DNA of 64,000 nt from Neoconidiobolus thromboides FSU 785 (Eukaryota; Fungi; Entomophthoromycota): positions 1 through 64,000 of the forward strand of contig MU626345.1 of assembly GCA_025603075.1 (NCBI GenBank). Reading direction: 5' to 3'. Shown in pieces: positions 12,084-25,149 of the stretch. The position numbers were made by a program, and so were the translations under genes. Below the pieces are notes generated by a model, which saw nothing but the letters and a program-made list of their open reading frames with translations, was not told the origin of the DNA and did not search any database. How positions within the stretch are numbered: position 1 is the stretch's first letter; each line of letters begins with the position of its first letter.

Positions 12084-12746
12084 ATGAAATTAATTAACGT
12101 TTTAACACTAGTCACTAGCTTGAATCTAGTTTACTGTTCAGGTAACTAATAAATAAAGATAATAATCAACTTATTAAATATTGAACAGCCCCAATAAAGT
12201 TTTGCAGTAATGACAAAGTGGTATGTTATAGTGTAGAAAATAAAGGCAAAAATCAATTAGTAACAATGGAGAGTAAAGGAAAGATAGGGTAAATATAATA
12301 ATGTTGATAAATACTAAAATTGAATTCAATTAATAATTAATTAATTAGTTATATGGCCTTTGGTGTAGGTACTGGTATGTTTAATGCAGATATTTATGTA
12401 AGTATTATGAAAAATATTTGAAATATAATATTCATAGTTCAATCTATAGATTGGTTTTTTTAATTCAAAAGGGGAACCTGTTGTTTCCGTACGTAAATCA
12501 GAAGATTATGCTCATCCAGAAGCATTAGAAGATCAATCTTCAATCTCTATAAATAAATCATTAACTAAAATGAATAATGGACAAACAATTTCATTTATAA
12601 TTAATACAGAGGGTAAGGCGTTAAAGAGTGTTGCTATTGAAGGAGAAAATAAGTTTTTATGGGCTTATTCAGCCAAAGTACCTAAAGGCGAAAATTTCAA
12701 TGCTAGAATAGCTAAACATGATAATAGAGGCGTGTTTGCTGGGTGA
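12084..12746 (+). CDS. Secreted stand-alone DOMON-domain protein (paralogue 1), 3 introns
   Basis: Not in the ORF track. Spliced: signal peptide MKLINVLTLV..., then GYMAFGVGTGMFNADIY|IGF and LWALS...IAKH. Canonical GT-AG introns. Confidence 0.8.
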
Positions 12747-13327
12747 AGTTATTAGAATGACGGATAGTTTTTTTATTAAGAATAAAAGATTTTAATTTAT
12801 TGAGCTTATTGTACAGTAAAATTATTATTGGTATCTTGATATTTATATTAATGAGTATAACTTAAAGCCCCAATTTTATTGATAATACTTACTAAAATTA
12901 TTGACTTTGAATCTAGTGATTTCTATTCAAATTAAATATATATAAGTGTATTTTATTTTTATCGATTACATTATTTTGTTACGTTATTTTCATTCCCGTT
13001 TTTGTATCATTAAATTAATAAATACTGATTTGTATATCTCCTTTCAAAGAGATATATTGTAAAAGAAGTAGCATAGTGTTAAACTATAATCATTAATAAA
13101 AACTTTATTGCATAAATTCCATTTTAACAAAACTTTAATAAATTATTAGTTTCATTAAAATATGAATTCTTTTGTCATAAAATTTCATAACACTAACTTG
13201 TTGATAATCAATACTTTAAAAAATAATTGATTATCTTGAAATTATCGGATGATCAAAAAAAGGATTATAAATACTAATAAATAAACAAAAATAATTCAAA
13301 TTTTATTAAGATTATATACAATTCAAT

Positions 13328-14017
13328 ATGCAATTTACGTCGATATTAAATTTAATTTATTTAATAAATTTATCTTATGCTTTAAGTAAATACAATTGAT
13401 CTTTAAATTAAATAATATATTAATTACTAATAGAAACGATTCGATTTTGTGGAGATGGTAAAGAAGAAATTTGTTTTGAAGTTAAACCTGACGGTAAAGA
13501 TACATTAGTAACAATGAGGGGACCAGCTGATTCAGGGTAAGTAACAATTCATATTATAATAAAAAAGTAAATATATATTTGATATTTAATATTTAATAAA
13601 ATTTAGTTATTTAGCCTTTGGTATTGGTAGTAGTATGAAGGATTCAGATATTTATGTAAATTTTAATTAATAGAATAGAATATATTATTGAATTAACTTG
13701 TTAATTAGGTTGGTTTTTTTAATAGCACTAATTCCCCAGTCGTATCTTATCGTGGAGGAGCTTTTTATCGAGAACCTAAAGCACTTGAAGATCAATCAAA
13801 TATTCAAGTTATGAACTTAGAAAGTAGTATTGCAGATGATAAATCATTTAAGTTAATATCGTTTAAAATATTAAATACTGCCAATGAAAGTGTAAGAAAA
13901 GTAGATTTTGATATTAAAAATAAATTTATCTGGGCCCATAGCAGTATCCCTCCAAAAGGAGATGACATTAATGCTAAAATCCATAAACATAAAAAACATG
14001 GTAAATATCAAGGTTAG
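13328..14017 (+). CDS. Secreted stand-alone DOMON-domain protein (paralogue 2), 3 introns
   Basis: Signal peptide, GYLAFGIGSSMKDSDIY|VGF and FIWAHS...IHKH; intron positions match paralogue 1. Confidence 0.8.
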
Positions 14018-14216
14018 AAATAGATGTGTTATGAGAAGAAATATATTAAGGAGAGTTTACTTATTAATAATATTTCAAATAAAATAAAAAATAAAAAATA
14101 AAAAAGATTTGAGAAAAGAGTTATTATTTATTAAATTTTGTATTAAGTAAAAAAGGAATTCTATAATTAATTATATTACAAGAGAAAGAAGAGAATCTAT
14201 ATTAAATAAAAATTGA

Positions 14217-14813
14217 TTAATTGATGATAAGTTTGGCACCATTATTAGAATTTTTAGATTCTAAATATAATTGAGTTGGGCCTAATTCACTTGGTGATAA
14301 TATTAAAATTAAAGTTTTATTTAATTTAATATATTCCATACAAGTAGTAGTAATATCTATTAAATTCCCTAATGTAACATCTAATCGACCAATTTCTTTA
14401 ATTATATTAGGCATATTATTCCAATTAACATTTGTTATAACATTATTATTACCCTCATTAACAATAATTTCCGAATTAGAAGGAGATAAATTCAATGAAT
14501 TATTTAATAAATTACCAATTTGTAATTTACAATTAGTTATATTAGATTTAATGGGAAATTGAAATTGTAATATTTGTCTAGACTCAATCATTGTATTTCG
14601 AATTTGTATTGAATTACTTATTGGTATTTCACATGTATCACATATTACATTATTAGGACATATTGGACAAAAATCTAGGGGTACTAAAGATCTCGTTGGA
14701 TTGGCTTCTAATATGGGTAATATTATAGTATCATTTAATACTTGAGCACTAGTCGTAGATTGAGTATATATTGATAGGAATAGATAAAATAAAATCAATA
14801 GTTTTAATAGCAT
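14217..14813 (-). CDS. Secreted Cys-motif protein with DNRLRE/CBM96-like domain (paralogue 1)
   Basis: Signal peptide; CPICP..CDTC motif; SRQILQFQFP..CKLQI and VNWNNMP; homologous to 31670..32269. Confidence 0.7.
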   Translation of the reverse strand: MLLKLLILFYLFLSIYTQSTTSAQVLNDTIILPILEANPTRSLVPLDFCPICPNNVICDTCEIPISNSIQIRNTMIESRQILQFQFPIKSNITNCKLQIGNLLNNSLNLSPSNSEIIVNEGNNNVITNVNWNNMPNIIKEIGRLDVTLGNLIDITTTCMEYIKLNKTLILILSPSELGPTQLYLESKNSNNGAKLIIN

Positions 14814-15416
14814 TTATAATAATCTTAATTTTATTATAATCTTATTTTAAAAACTAATTAAAATCTTAAGGTTATATTTAAAATAATAAATAAATAAAAC
14901 GAATTTATAAAATTGAATTATTATTGTAAATTAAGATTATTATATATACTCTTTCTAATTATATATTGATTAAAACTTACTTTTTTATTTCCTCAAAACT
15001 AAAATTTTAGTTTGATCTCTATATCTTTACAGTTACTACGGAAGTTAATTTTTAAGGTAAATCAATTGAGATTGTCTATTTTTACAACTGCCCTTTTAAA
15101 ATATCTTAATGATTTAATGAATGAAAGTTAAATGTTTTTCGGAACTTTATTTTTTATAACAATATTGATTAGTTTACTATCATTTTTTCTATATTTGTAT
15201 TCTATTAAGTTTATTAGTTAAAATTCACTCAATTTGTAATTTCTACTTTTTATTATACCTATTTGAAATATTCTTTTTTATTTACTATATTAATTTTTTT
15301 AAAACGGAATTATTATTAACTATACAAGTATCAAATTAATATTAGTTAATTTTAGTAGAATTTTATTTTAGTAAATAGATTTAATGAGTAGAAGGACTAA
15401 GTTCATAAAATAATAT

Positions 15417-15515
15417 GGGGGGTGTTTTTTTTGACTTCATTACTTTTTCTACCTTTTAAGCGCTATTTGAGTGGAAAGATTGTTAGTAAGATCCTTGAAC
15501 AAAAATACATCCCCC
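15417..15515 (-). mobile_element. MITE copy 5
   Basis: Near-consensus copy; ATAT/ATAT flanks. Confidence 0.9.
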
Positions 15516-16028
15516 ATATTTTAAAAAAATATTACATTTAACATTACTTCAACACAATAATACAATTGTTGTTCTCACACTCATACTTTATGAAAAGAGT
15601 AGTGTTTTGTTTCATATAAAAAATAACTCATTTCACTTACTACATAACTATAACAAAATAAGAAACTATTGAATTTCCCTTCACAATTAAAAAAATTTAC
15701 AAAATAAGATATAATAAGCAATGAAAATAAAAAAATAAAATAAAATTAAAAATTTGTTTAAATAAGTAATTTAAAAAAGAAGAAAAGTAGAATTCGGACT
15801 AAAAAGTATCTGGGATCCGACATGGTAAGCATCTACTTTAAAATGGTTCGTAAGGAAAAGAAGTTCAATTATTAAGGTTAGATAAAAGAAAAAAGAAAGT
15901 ATTAGTGTAAAATGTGAAAAATAGAAGACGAAAGTTTGGGTTATAAAAAAGAGATTATATGCGTATCAATTTAGATGATGTTTAAACATCGATCTAAAAC
16001 CAATTTTTAAAAACTCTTCATCTCATCT

Positions 16029-16908
16029 TTAAAGAATAACACAGCAACTATCACTTTCTTGAGTTGCTCCACCTCGTACAAACATAGCGGATCTGGTAGC
16101 ATTATCGAAAACTTCATTAACATTTTCACCTGTTAAGGCACTACATTCGATAAATTTTCTAGCGCCAATTTGATTGGCTACCTCAGCCCCTTTTGAAGTT
16201 GGCACCATCTCTTCTGGTTTAACTGTAGTTAATTTACTTCCTTCTCCATCTCTTAAATCTTTTTTTAATCCAACTAATATTACTGGTACTCCTTGACATA
16301 AACTATTTACTTCATCTATCCACTATAATCATACACATCAATAAGTTTTTAATTATAAGTTACAAAGTGATTACCTTTTCAAGTACATTTTCTAATGAAT
16401 CGGGAGAATCGACGGAATAACAAATTAATGTTACATTTGCTTTAGAATACGATAGCGGCCTCAATCTCTATTAATTTTAGTTCAATTACCAATTTTTAAA
16501 CTTAAATTTTAATCCTACTTCATATTCTTCTTGACCACTAAAATAAACTAGGATTAACATATAGTTTTAAATAATAGAATATATAAGTTTTTAACTTACG
16601 CTGTATCCCATAAAGCTAAATTCACTATTTTTCCATCAATTGTTACTTCTTTGACATAATTTTCAAATACCGTAGGCGTCTTTTTAATATAGGTTAATTA
16701 ATTAATTTATATCTCAATTTCTTTTTCAATATGCTTACATGTTCCTAATACAAAAAAATTAGTTGAGTACTCCTTGCAATCAATTACTTCAAGTTCATTA
16801 GTTTACCTTTGGAAAAGTACCCGATACATAAACGGATAATAAACTTGTTTTACCACATGCACCATCACCAACAATTACTAATTTACGACTGATCACTGGT
16901 TTGGCCAT
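16029..16908 (-). CDS. Rho-family small GTPase, 5 introns including a 6-nt microexon
   Basis: Not in the ORF track. Spliced: [16 protein letters not shown]|EH|[22 protein letters not shown] and C-terminal CAAX CCVIL. Confidence 0.95.
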
Positions 16909-19174
16909 GGTTCTTTGAATTGATATTACTTTAAATTGGAAAAAAACTTTATATTAAAAATTGGAATCTAAAAACAATATATTTCTAGTTTATAACTTCA
17001 ATAGTAGCGGTAATGAAGTTTCAATTTATAAAGACGAATTACAAAAGATAAAAAAAAAGATAAAAAAATGAAAGATAAACAATTGAATTTTCTCAATTTT
17101 TCAGTTAACTTAAAACTCCATTTCTGTTACTAAAAATAGCGATTACCACCCCATTTTAAAAGCTTCCAATTAGAAGCCAAAATACTATCTAGTTTAGCCT
17201 ATCATTAGTTATTCAAATCATTAAAGAATTCATTTGGATTATTTGGTGTGATCTCATAAGCCAAGTATAGAAATTTGATCATTTTTTTTTAATAGAAATT
17301 TCTTTTGAATTTTGTTTTTATTTAATGTTTTAATATTATAATTTTAAATGATTATTTATATTATATTTATATTATTATATATTTATTATAGTAATAAAAA
17401 TAGTTATAATAACAATATTCAATAATAATTTAAAATATCCACTATCTTCATTAAAACTGTATTATTAAATCACCCACTTGGAACCAAAACATGGTAATTT
17501 TTGATTTGAATTTGAAGTATACAAAAGTTGACCCATTTTTTTATATTAGCTTATTTACTTTGTACATTTGATAAGATAAATAAATAAAATACTACATTAA
17601 ACAAAAAGCACTTTCCTATTTTATTATATTATCATTAAAATGGTTTAAAGAATTCAAGCATAGAATAAAAAAGAGTCAAAGTTATAAAATATTTAATAGA
17701 GAAAGCCTTAAAATTAATTACTATGTATTAAGAAGTCATTTTATAAGGTTTTATAATATTTTATAACATTTCATTTGAGTGCTTTGGTTCAATTTACTTG
17801 TATGTTCTTATAAACTTTTGATTTATTCTTATTAATTACAACTTCAACTAATAAATTGACTTCATAAAACATTCACATTGATAATGAAATAACAATAACC
17901 AAACATATTAGAAGTTTGAATAAAACTAATAAAACATCTGAATTGAAGTTTCAAACCACATATAAATTCGCCTTTTCTCTTCTTTAGAATATTAAGAATT
18001 CAATCCTTAATATTGAAATTAATAAAAATGGCCATATTTTAATATTAATTTTTAATAAAATAGCATTAAGGTTAGAAGAAGCGGAGTAATACAATAAAAG
18101 GAAATGTAAGAATTTTTAATCTAATAAATAAGGTTATCTACAAAATAATTTTAAAAAAAGAACCAATTTTTATAATTGTATCAGGGTATTTGTTAAGGGT
18201 ATTTGTAAAATATTTGATTAATTGAGGGTATATTCGTTATTGTTTATTACTGTCAATAGAATGACTATCATTACTATTAAAATTATACTTTAGTATATAA
18301 ATTTTGTTGTTATCTTACTTTGACTTTTATAGTAAACCCTCTTATTTTAAACTATATATTATGTGTTTGTGAATGAAAATAAAAAGTATAGTTTAACAAA
18401 TTGTTATTAAAAGATAAAAAAAATTATAACTATGATTCTCAATATTTATACTAAGTCCAATCTTTTAACTGTTAATTATGACTTTCTATAAAAACAACTA
18501 ATAAATTTAAAATGTTATCAGTTCTTAATAAACACTACATGAAGGTTTTTTCTAATATAATATTAAAATACAATTTCACTAATCTAGTCTAAAGAATATA
18601 CTTCTCTTTGAATTCAACTTACCCCTTATCTTTCTAGAATAATTCGTTACTCCATTTTATTTGTAAAGTATTGACCATATTGAATTAACTGCTTTACCTT
18701 TCCACTCACTAAATTATTGCTTTATATGGTATTCAGCTTATCTTTGTTTTACATAGTTAAATTTTTGTATCTAAAAAGAATTGGAAAATCTTTCTATTTA
18801 AATTACTACCAAATGCTTTAACTTTGCAATCTGTAAATATTCATTAACTGACAAAATATAAAATTAGAATATTAATATAAAGTTTACCTCTTTCACATAA
18901 ATCTATTTCTTCTCATTTAATTACGAATAATAAAATTATTAATACCTTTATATAATTATTTTTCAATGTCTTTTCATCATTATACTGTTATATAAGCTTT
19001 TAAACCCATTTATGTTGATATACATCGAAGTGTTGACATCATTAAGCTTTCATATTTTTAAGAATCTCAGATGAAAATCCACACTAAATATTAAATACAT
19101 TAAAAACATCGTATTAGTATAGAAGTTAAATAACTCGTTTATTTTGTTTAAATAAAAACCCACTCAAATTTATC

Positions 19175-20188
19175 TCAACGTTCGGAAGGGATATCCCTAT
19201 ATTCTGCAATTTTTACATTTGGTCCAATATTGTCTTTTGTTCGAACTACAATGGGATCAAAATAAAGTTCTTTGAATGTTTCCATCCAAGTTATTTTTAA
19301 TCTTGTCAACTCAATTTCAATATCCTCACCGCTCTTACTTGTAATAATTTTACCTTCACCGTTAACAAGCATATTGTCATTCCCACATCTAGCTATAAAC
19401 TCAATAGTAATATGAGGGGAGCTTCCACTGGAGGAAGCATATCCAGTAGAAGTAGGAGGATTAAAAACCAATTCATTTTTTACATCATAATTAAATAATT
19501 CAGACTTTAATTGTTTACCTTGAGTAGTATCCTGATCTAAATGGGCGTTTATAGTATCAATAGATAATGTATGCAACTTTTCAGTAGCCATTTTAGCTTG
19601 TTGAGCCTGTGCTCCAACAATTGGAAAAAAGTTTTGAAATAAACCCATAAGTGAAATAGGGAACCCTTGTAAAGCAGCAGCACGAAACTGGTCTTTTTCT
19701 TTTTTTGAATTCCTTCCATTCGAACGAGTAGTGTTGGAATCATTATCTGTAAATGCTTGCATCAATTGTTTACCCTGTTTAAAAAATCGATATGCTTTAA
19801 AACCAACGTAACTTATACCACCAATAAGTACTATACTCATTGGACCTGGAAAATAGAATGATGCTGCCAAAAATAAACCTAAGGAGGTTAACGATTTTAA
19901 CTTGCCTCGCATTAAATAATATGGCGCAACTCTTTTAATAAGGAATCCAACAAAACCTCGTTTTATAATAAGGTTATGAGTTTTACATAAGTTGTTATTT
20001 TTTACTGTAGAAGGTGAATTAAGGGAGGGGCTCGTTTTATAGCTTAAACTTTTGAATAAAGAAGGGCTCACTTTGCTTCCTTTCAAGTTGAGTTTACAGA
20101 ATAAGACTGAGTTTCCTTTTATCAATGGTGCTACGTTACTTGTTAATAGTCTTAATTGTAAACTACTTTTAGACATTATCATATTCAT
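19175..20188 (-). CDS. Uncharacterised protein, probably mitochondrial with one or two TM segments
   Basis: 337-aa ORF; N-terminus is Ser/Arg/Leu/Lys-rich and acid-poor, like a presequence; central hydrophobic segment. Confidence 0.7.
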   Translation of the reverse strand: MNMIMSKSSLQLRLLTSNVAPLIKGNSVLFCKLNLKGSKVSPSLFKSLSYKTSPSLNSPSTVKNNNLCKTHNLIIKRGFVGFLIKRVAPYYLMRGKLKSLTSLGLFLAASFYFPGPMSIVLIGGISYVGFKAYRFFKQGKQLMQAFTDNDSNTTRSNGRNSKKEKDQFRAAALQGFPISLMGLFQNFFPIVGAQAQQAKMATEKLHTLSIDTINAHLDQDTTQGKQLKSELFNYDVKNELVFNPPTSTGYASSSGSSPHITIEFIARCGNDNMLVNGEGKIITSKSGEDIEIELTRLKITWMETFKELYFDPIVVRTKDNIGPNVKIAEYRDIPSER

Positions 20189-21179
20189 TACTAAATTTCA
20201 TAAACAAGTAAAAAACTAAATTAAATTTCGATTTTATATGAATATCGGACTTGAACAGATCATTATGATGAAACAATGGAAAAAGGATGACCTCATGTCC
20301 TTTTCGATTAAGAGCTAATTTTACAACTATTAAGCTTGGAAGTGGTTTTCTTTTTTTCTTTGTTTCAATATTTTGTTCACTTTTTTAGTAGCTTAAAATT
20401 TGAAAAGAATTTAAATATTTCCTAAAAAATCATGTCTTAATAAAATTAGTTAGCTATGGAATAGATTTATTTTTCAAAAGGAAGCCTTTTTAATAGGAAG
20501 TTTATTTTATTGAAGCATTTGAGTTTTTTCATTTCTTATTAGTAAATGATGTGTTAATAAGGCTAAATTTAAGGGTGAACTAAGAAAAATTCTGATGATT
20601 TGAAAAATCATGTTCTAATAAAATTGATTGATTGAGGCATATGCAGCAGCTGTTAAATCTCAATTGTGGAATGGCTGACTGTTCATTTCTACTAAAAACT
20701 TATGAATTAAACTGTAAATCAACATAAACTATTCAATATGTTGATTATAAAAACTATGATAACTGTTCCTTAATCAAACTTTAACGTTCATAATTTCAAA
20801 ACTAGAACTATCTTATTAATAAGTTCACCTCATTTAGATGTTTGAATCTACTTTTATGATATGTTATTAGTAAGTATTATGTTTCTCTCTATATTATTAG
20901 GATCAAAGATTACTTTTCAAAAAGATAATGGAGAACATTTATAAAGGTTAAAAAATCAAGTGTAATAGATAAGAGATAGCCTGGTAAGAATAAACTGCTT
21001 AAAAATCCATTTCTTAATTAAGACCAATAAAATTCGATTTATTTACTCAAAACTCCAATTTTTTTTCTTCCTTTTTAATAAATTATATTTTTACAACTCA
21101 TCAAAATATACAATTGTAAAATATAAGTATATTTATAAAAACAATTTGTATAGTTTAAAGTTCACTTTTTATATTAAAA

Positions 21180-22544
21180 ATGACCAAATCAAAAGCTAAG
21201 AAAGCACATAAAGAAGTGATCATTAATGAAAAGGCTTCATTGAATAATCCTCCAGCTACAAAGGTAATTTAAAATTTTGTTTTAATTCCGCATCTTAATA
21301 TCCTTTATTATTAGCTTTTAATAGATGAGGAAAACGCCAAAAGATGGAAAAACTGGAGGATTCGTGGGTTTTGGACTATTATAATGGTGGTGGCTTTCTT
21401 TATGATTTTATCAGTAGGGCCAATTCCTACTTTATTACTTATCTTTGCCATACAGATTAGAATCTATCATGAGATCATTAATTTATCAATCATCCCCAAC
21501 AAAGAGCTTAAGCTTCCTTGGATGCGAGCTATCAATTGGTAAATTTATTTATTAGCTCTATTTAATTAAGTTTAATCAGTTATTTTTTAATTTCGAAGGT
21601 ATTTTTTCCTTGTTGCAAATAATTTTTTGTTTTGGGAATCTCTTATAAAATATTTCAAAGGTAGTATTAATTCAAATACTATTTTAAAATTTTTGGCCAC
21701 CCATCATCGTTTTAAGTCCTTTTTGTTCTATTGTTCTGGGTTTGTATTATTTGTTATCAATTTAAAGAAAGGATATTATAGATTTCAATTCCGTATGTTT
21801 GCTGTAACCCATATGTTAATTTTGTTGGTTGTTGCTTCTTCTCATTTTATTGTTGCTAATGTGTTAGAAGGTTTTATTTGGTTTTTACTCCCAGTTTCTT
21901 TAGTCATCGTTAATGATATTGGTGCTTATATGGCTGGTTTCTTTTTTGGACGTACCCCATTAATTGAGTTATCACCTAAGAAAACTTGGGAAGGCTTCAT
22001 TGGTGGTTTAATTGTCACTGTATTGTTCGGATTTGGGTTTTCTTATCTCATCTCCCTATCAAATTATTTAATTTGTCCTATTCATGATCTAACTGTTACT
22101 TTCTTTAGTACAAATACTTGCACTTTGAACCCTGTATTTTTACCTGCAACCTATAGGCTACCAGAGTTTATTTCGAGCTATATAGGTATTTCTTCATTAA
22201 CATTTAAGCCAATCTTATTACACTCTCTTGTTATGGCTATCTTTGCCTCCCTTATTGCACCCTTTGGGGGTTTTTTTGCATCTGGATTTAAAAGAGCATT
22301 TAATATCAAAGATTTTGCTAATGTTATTCCAGGTCATGGTGGTTTAACAGATCGATTTGATTGTCAATTTCTTATGGGCGTATTTTCTTACTTCTATTAC
22401 TCTTCATTTATAAAGATTGGGCGCTTGGAAGTGGATGGATTATTTGATGCCATAGTTTATAAGTTAACAGCAGATCAACAGATATTTTTATTTAATAAGC
22501 TTCAAGAGTATTTAGTTAGTCAAAATATTATAAATGTAAATTAA
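21180..22544 (+). CDS. CDS1: Phosphatidate cytidylyltransferase (CDP-DAG synthase), 2 introns
   Basis: LSPKKTWEGFIGG and KDFANVIPGHGGLTDRFDCQ signature. The true start at 21180 and two introns lie upstream of the tracked ORF. Confidence 0.96.
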
Positions 22545-23279
22545 TAGAATGAGGTGGTGATATTAAATATAAAAAATATAATGTTATTATTTTGTTAGCC
22601 AAGTTATTATGGGATCCAATTATGCTTTTTAAATTTTAATAAAGATTTAATATATATTATACTTATTAAATAACTATTTATTATTTTATTTATTATTAAT
22701 CTATAATCATTATTACCAGAAGTATATTATTTTATTAATCCTGAAACAATTAATTTCATATTTAATTTTATGATCAAAAATCAAAAAACCTTGAAAAGGT
22801 CTTAAATTTAAAATTTGTCTAGTTGTTTTTAGTTAAAAATTAAAACAAGTCTTAAGTTTTTTGTTTATCGTTTTTATAAAATGTGTTGTCGTATTTTGCA
22901 AAAAATAAGAAATTTATAAATTAAATTATGCAAGCACACATAATAAACATTCATAAAGAGCATTAATTCATAAATCTAATGCCAAGAAACTAATATCTAG
23001 AAGAAATATTAATATAAAATAAATTAATTTATACTTTATCATTAAGTATATTAATTACAGTTTTTATAGTCCTTAAACTTTATTAGAAAACTTCGTTTCA
23101 AATTTTAATAGCAGTTAAAACTAGTCAGCTACTATTTTTAATTATTTGATAATCTCATTCAAACCTCAATCAATTTTTTCATCCATTCAACCCTAAACCT
23201 TTGTAAGTAATTAAGGTATATAAATAGTGTCATAAATACAATAAACAAATTTCATTTTTATTCAATATAATAATTTAAA

Positions 23280-24442
23280 ATGATGAATTTGGCATTAATA
23301 GTAATAATATTAATATTTAATCTCATCTCAATTTCCAGTACTATAATTAAAAAACGAGACAACAAAGTGAGCATCAAGCTCGATTTAATCGGTAAAAATG
23401 GGTATTATTATGGTGAGATAGGGCTTGGGACTCCAGCCCAAAAGTTTCGAGTTATTTTTGATACCGGTTCTTCCGACTTATGGGTAGCCTCAAAAAATCA
23501 ATTAACTTCAAATGTCAACTCAGCTATCCTTCATAATTATTACAACTCTGGTTCTTCCAACTCATTTCTAAATTTGAAAAAACCTTTTTCAATTCAGTAT
23601 GGCTCTGGAGGAGTGATTGGCCAAGAAAGTATGGATATATTAACAGTTGGTAAGGTAGCGATTGCTAATCAAACATTTGGAATAAGCAATAGTGACAAGA
23701 TACTCAATGGCGATTTTGATGGCATTATGGGATTAGGATATCCAGATTTAAGCCATAACAAAATAGCCTCTCCATTTCAAAGTATGGTAGAAAATGAGAT
23801 ATTAATACAAAACAAGTTGTCATATTATATTAATAAAGATCAAAAAAGCGGAGAGATCTTATTTGGAGATATTAATAAAAAGAAATTTAAAGGGGATTTG
23901 GTTTATTCCAAGGTTAATGAACAGAAATATTGGCAGGTGGATTTGTCGAAGTTGAATATTAATCAAAAAGGTTATAATTTGAGTGCTTCTAGTGCTGCTA
24001 TCGATACCGGAACTTCCTACTTTGTTTTACCCACCAAAGATGCAGCTTTAGTTAATTCAAAATTAAATTCAGCATTAACCCCTAATAACGAAGGGTTTTA
24101 CTCTATCTCTTGTGATATTAATAGTTTACCAACACTTAAATTTCAGCTTGGAAATTATAATGTTGCATTGGAACCCAATGATTATATTATAAAGTCATCG
24201 CCAGTTTTATGTTATTCACCGTTTTTAAGTAATGACAAAGTAAGTTTTTATTATAAGTATGAGCATCAATAGTTGTTTATATCACCAATTTTAGATTAAT
24301 ATATGGGTACTTGGCAATACATTAATTAAGAAATATTATACAGTATTTGATTTGGAAGAAAACCAAGTTGGATTTGGTAAGTTTAAATTTAATCCTTGTA
24401 TATCCAAATATTAACCCTTCCATTATAGCATTGGCTACATGA
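23280..24442 (+). CDS. Secreted pepsin-like (A1) aspartic protease, 2 introns near 3' end
   Basis: Signal peptide; FDTGSS and IDTGTS catalytic motifs; spliced tail WVLGNTLIKKYYTVFDLEENQVGFA. Confidence 0.95.
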
Positions 24443-24672
24443 GTTTTGTATATTTTCAAAAGTTTATAATAAAAATTTATTGGTATTTTTACTACTTAAG
24501 CATATTAATTCATTTTAATTTATCTAAAAAGTTTTATTTAACTTTACTGAAATAAGAATAAGAACAGAGCAAGTAAACATTTTCTGCATAAAAAGATATT
24601 CATATAATAATTCAAATCATCTTTTAGTTTACTTTTAGATTAAAAAATAGTTAAGCTTAAAAGAGAACATAT

Positions 24673-24774
24673 GGGAATCTATTTTTTTGTTTAAGAATCT
24701 TACTACCTTTCTCCTCAAATAGTGCTTAAAAAAAGGAAAAAGGAAAAAGTAATGAATCAAAAAAAAACATCCCT
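24673..24774 (+). mobile_element. MITE copy 6
   Basis: ATAT/ATAT flanks; lies inside the transposase relic. Confidence 0.85.
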
Positions 24775-25046
24775 ATATGGAAATAGGAATAAGACCAGAT
24801 TCAATAAATTTAGATCATTATAATAAACAAGCTATATCAGTATTAGGCTTTGGTGTATTATATTTAAAAGATGATAAAACAATAGGCAAAGTTTACTTTG
24901 ATTATTTATCTGAAGTATCAAATCATGATTCAGTATATACAGGAGATTGTTTAGGTTCACAAAAATTAATATATGGGTAGATGCAAGAAACCATTTTAAA
25001 TCTCAAGAGTTTTTAATTTATATTTAAAGAAATTCCTAAAATAGAT

Positions 25047-25149
25047 GGGGATGACTTTTTTGGTTTCATTACTTTTTCCATTTTTCTGAGCGCCATTTAT
25101 TTGAGCGATAAAATTGCTAATAAAATTCTCAAACAAAAAATACATCCCC
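25047..25149 (-). mobile_element. MITE copy 7 with AGAT target duplication
   Basis: AGAT at 25043-25046 and 25150-25153; excision restores PKIDSNLNIDLGFF. Confidence 0.92.

Noticed and set aside
18550-19050. Possible intron-containing pseudogene on the minus strand
   Set aside because: Splice-like sites and short frames are present, but there are too many stops and no recognisable domain.
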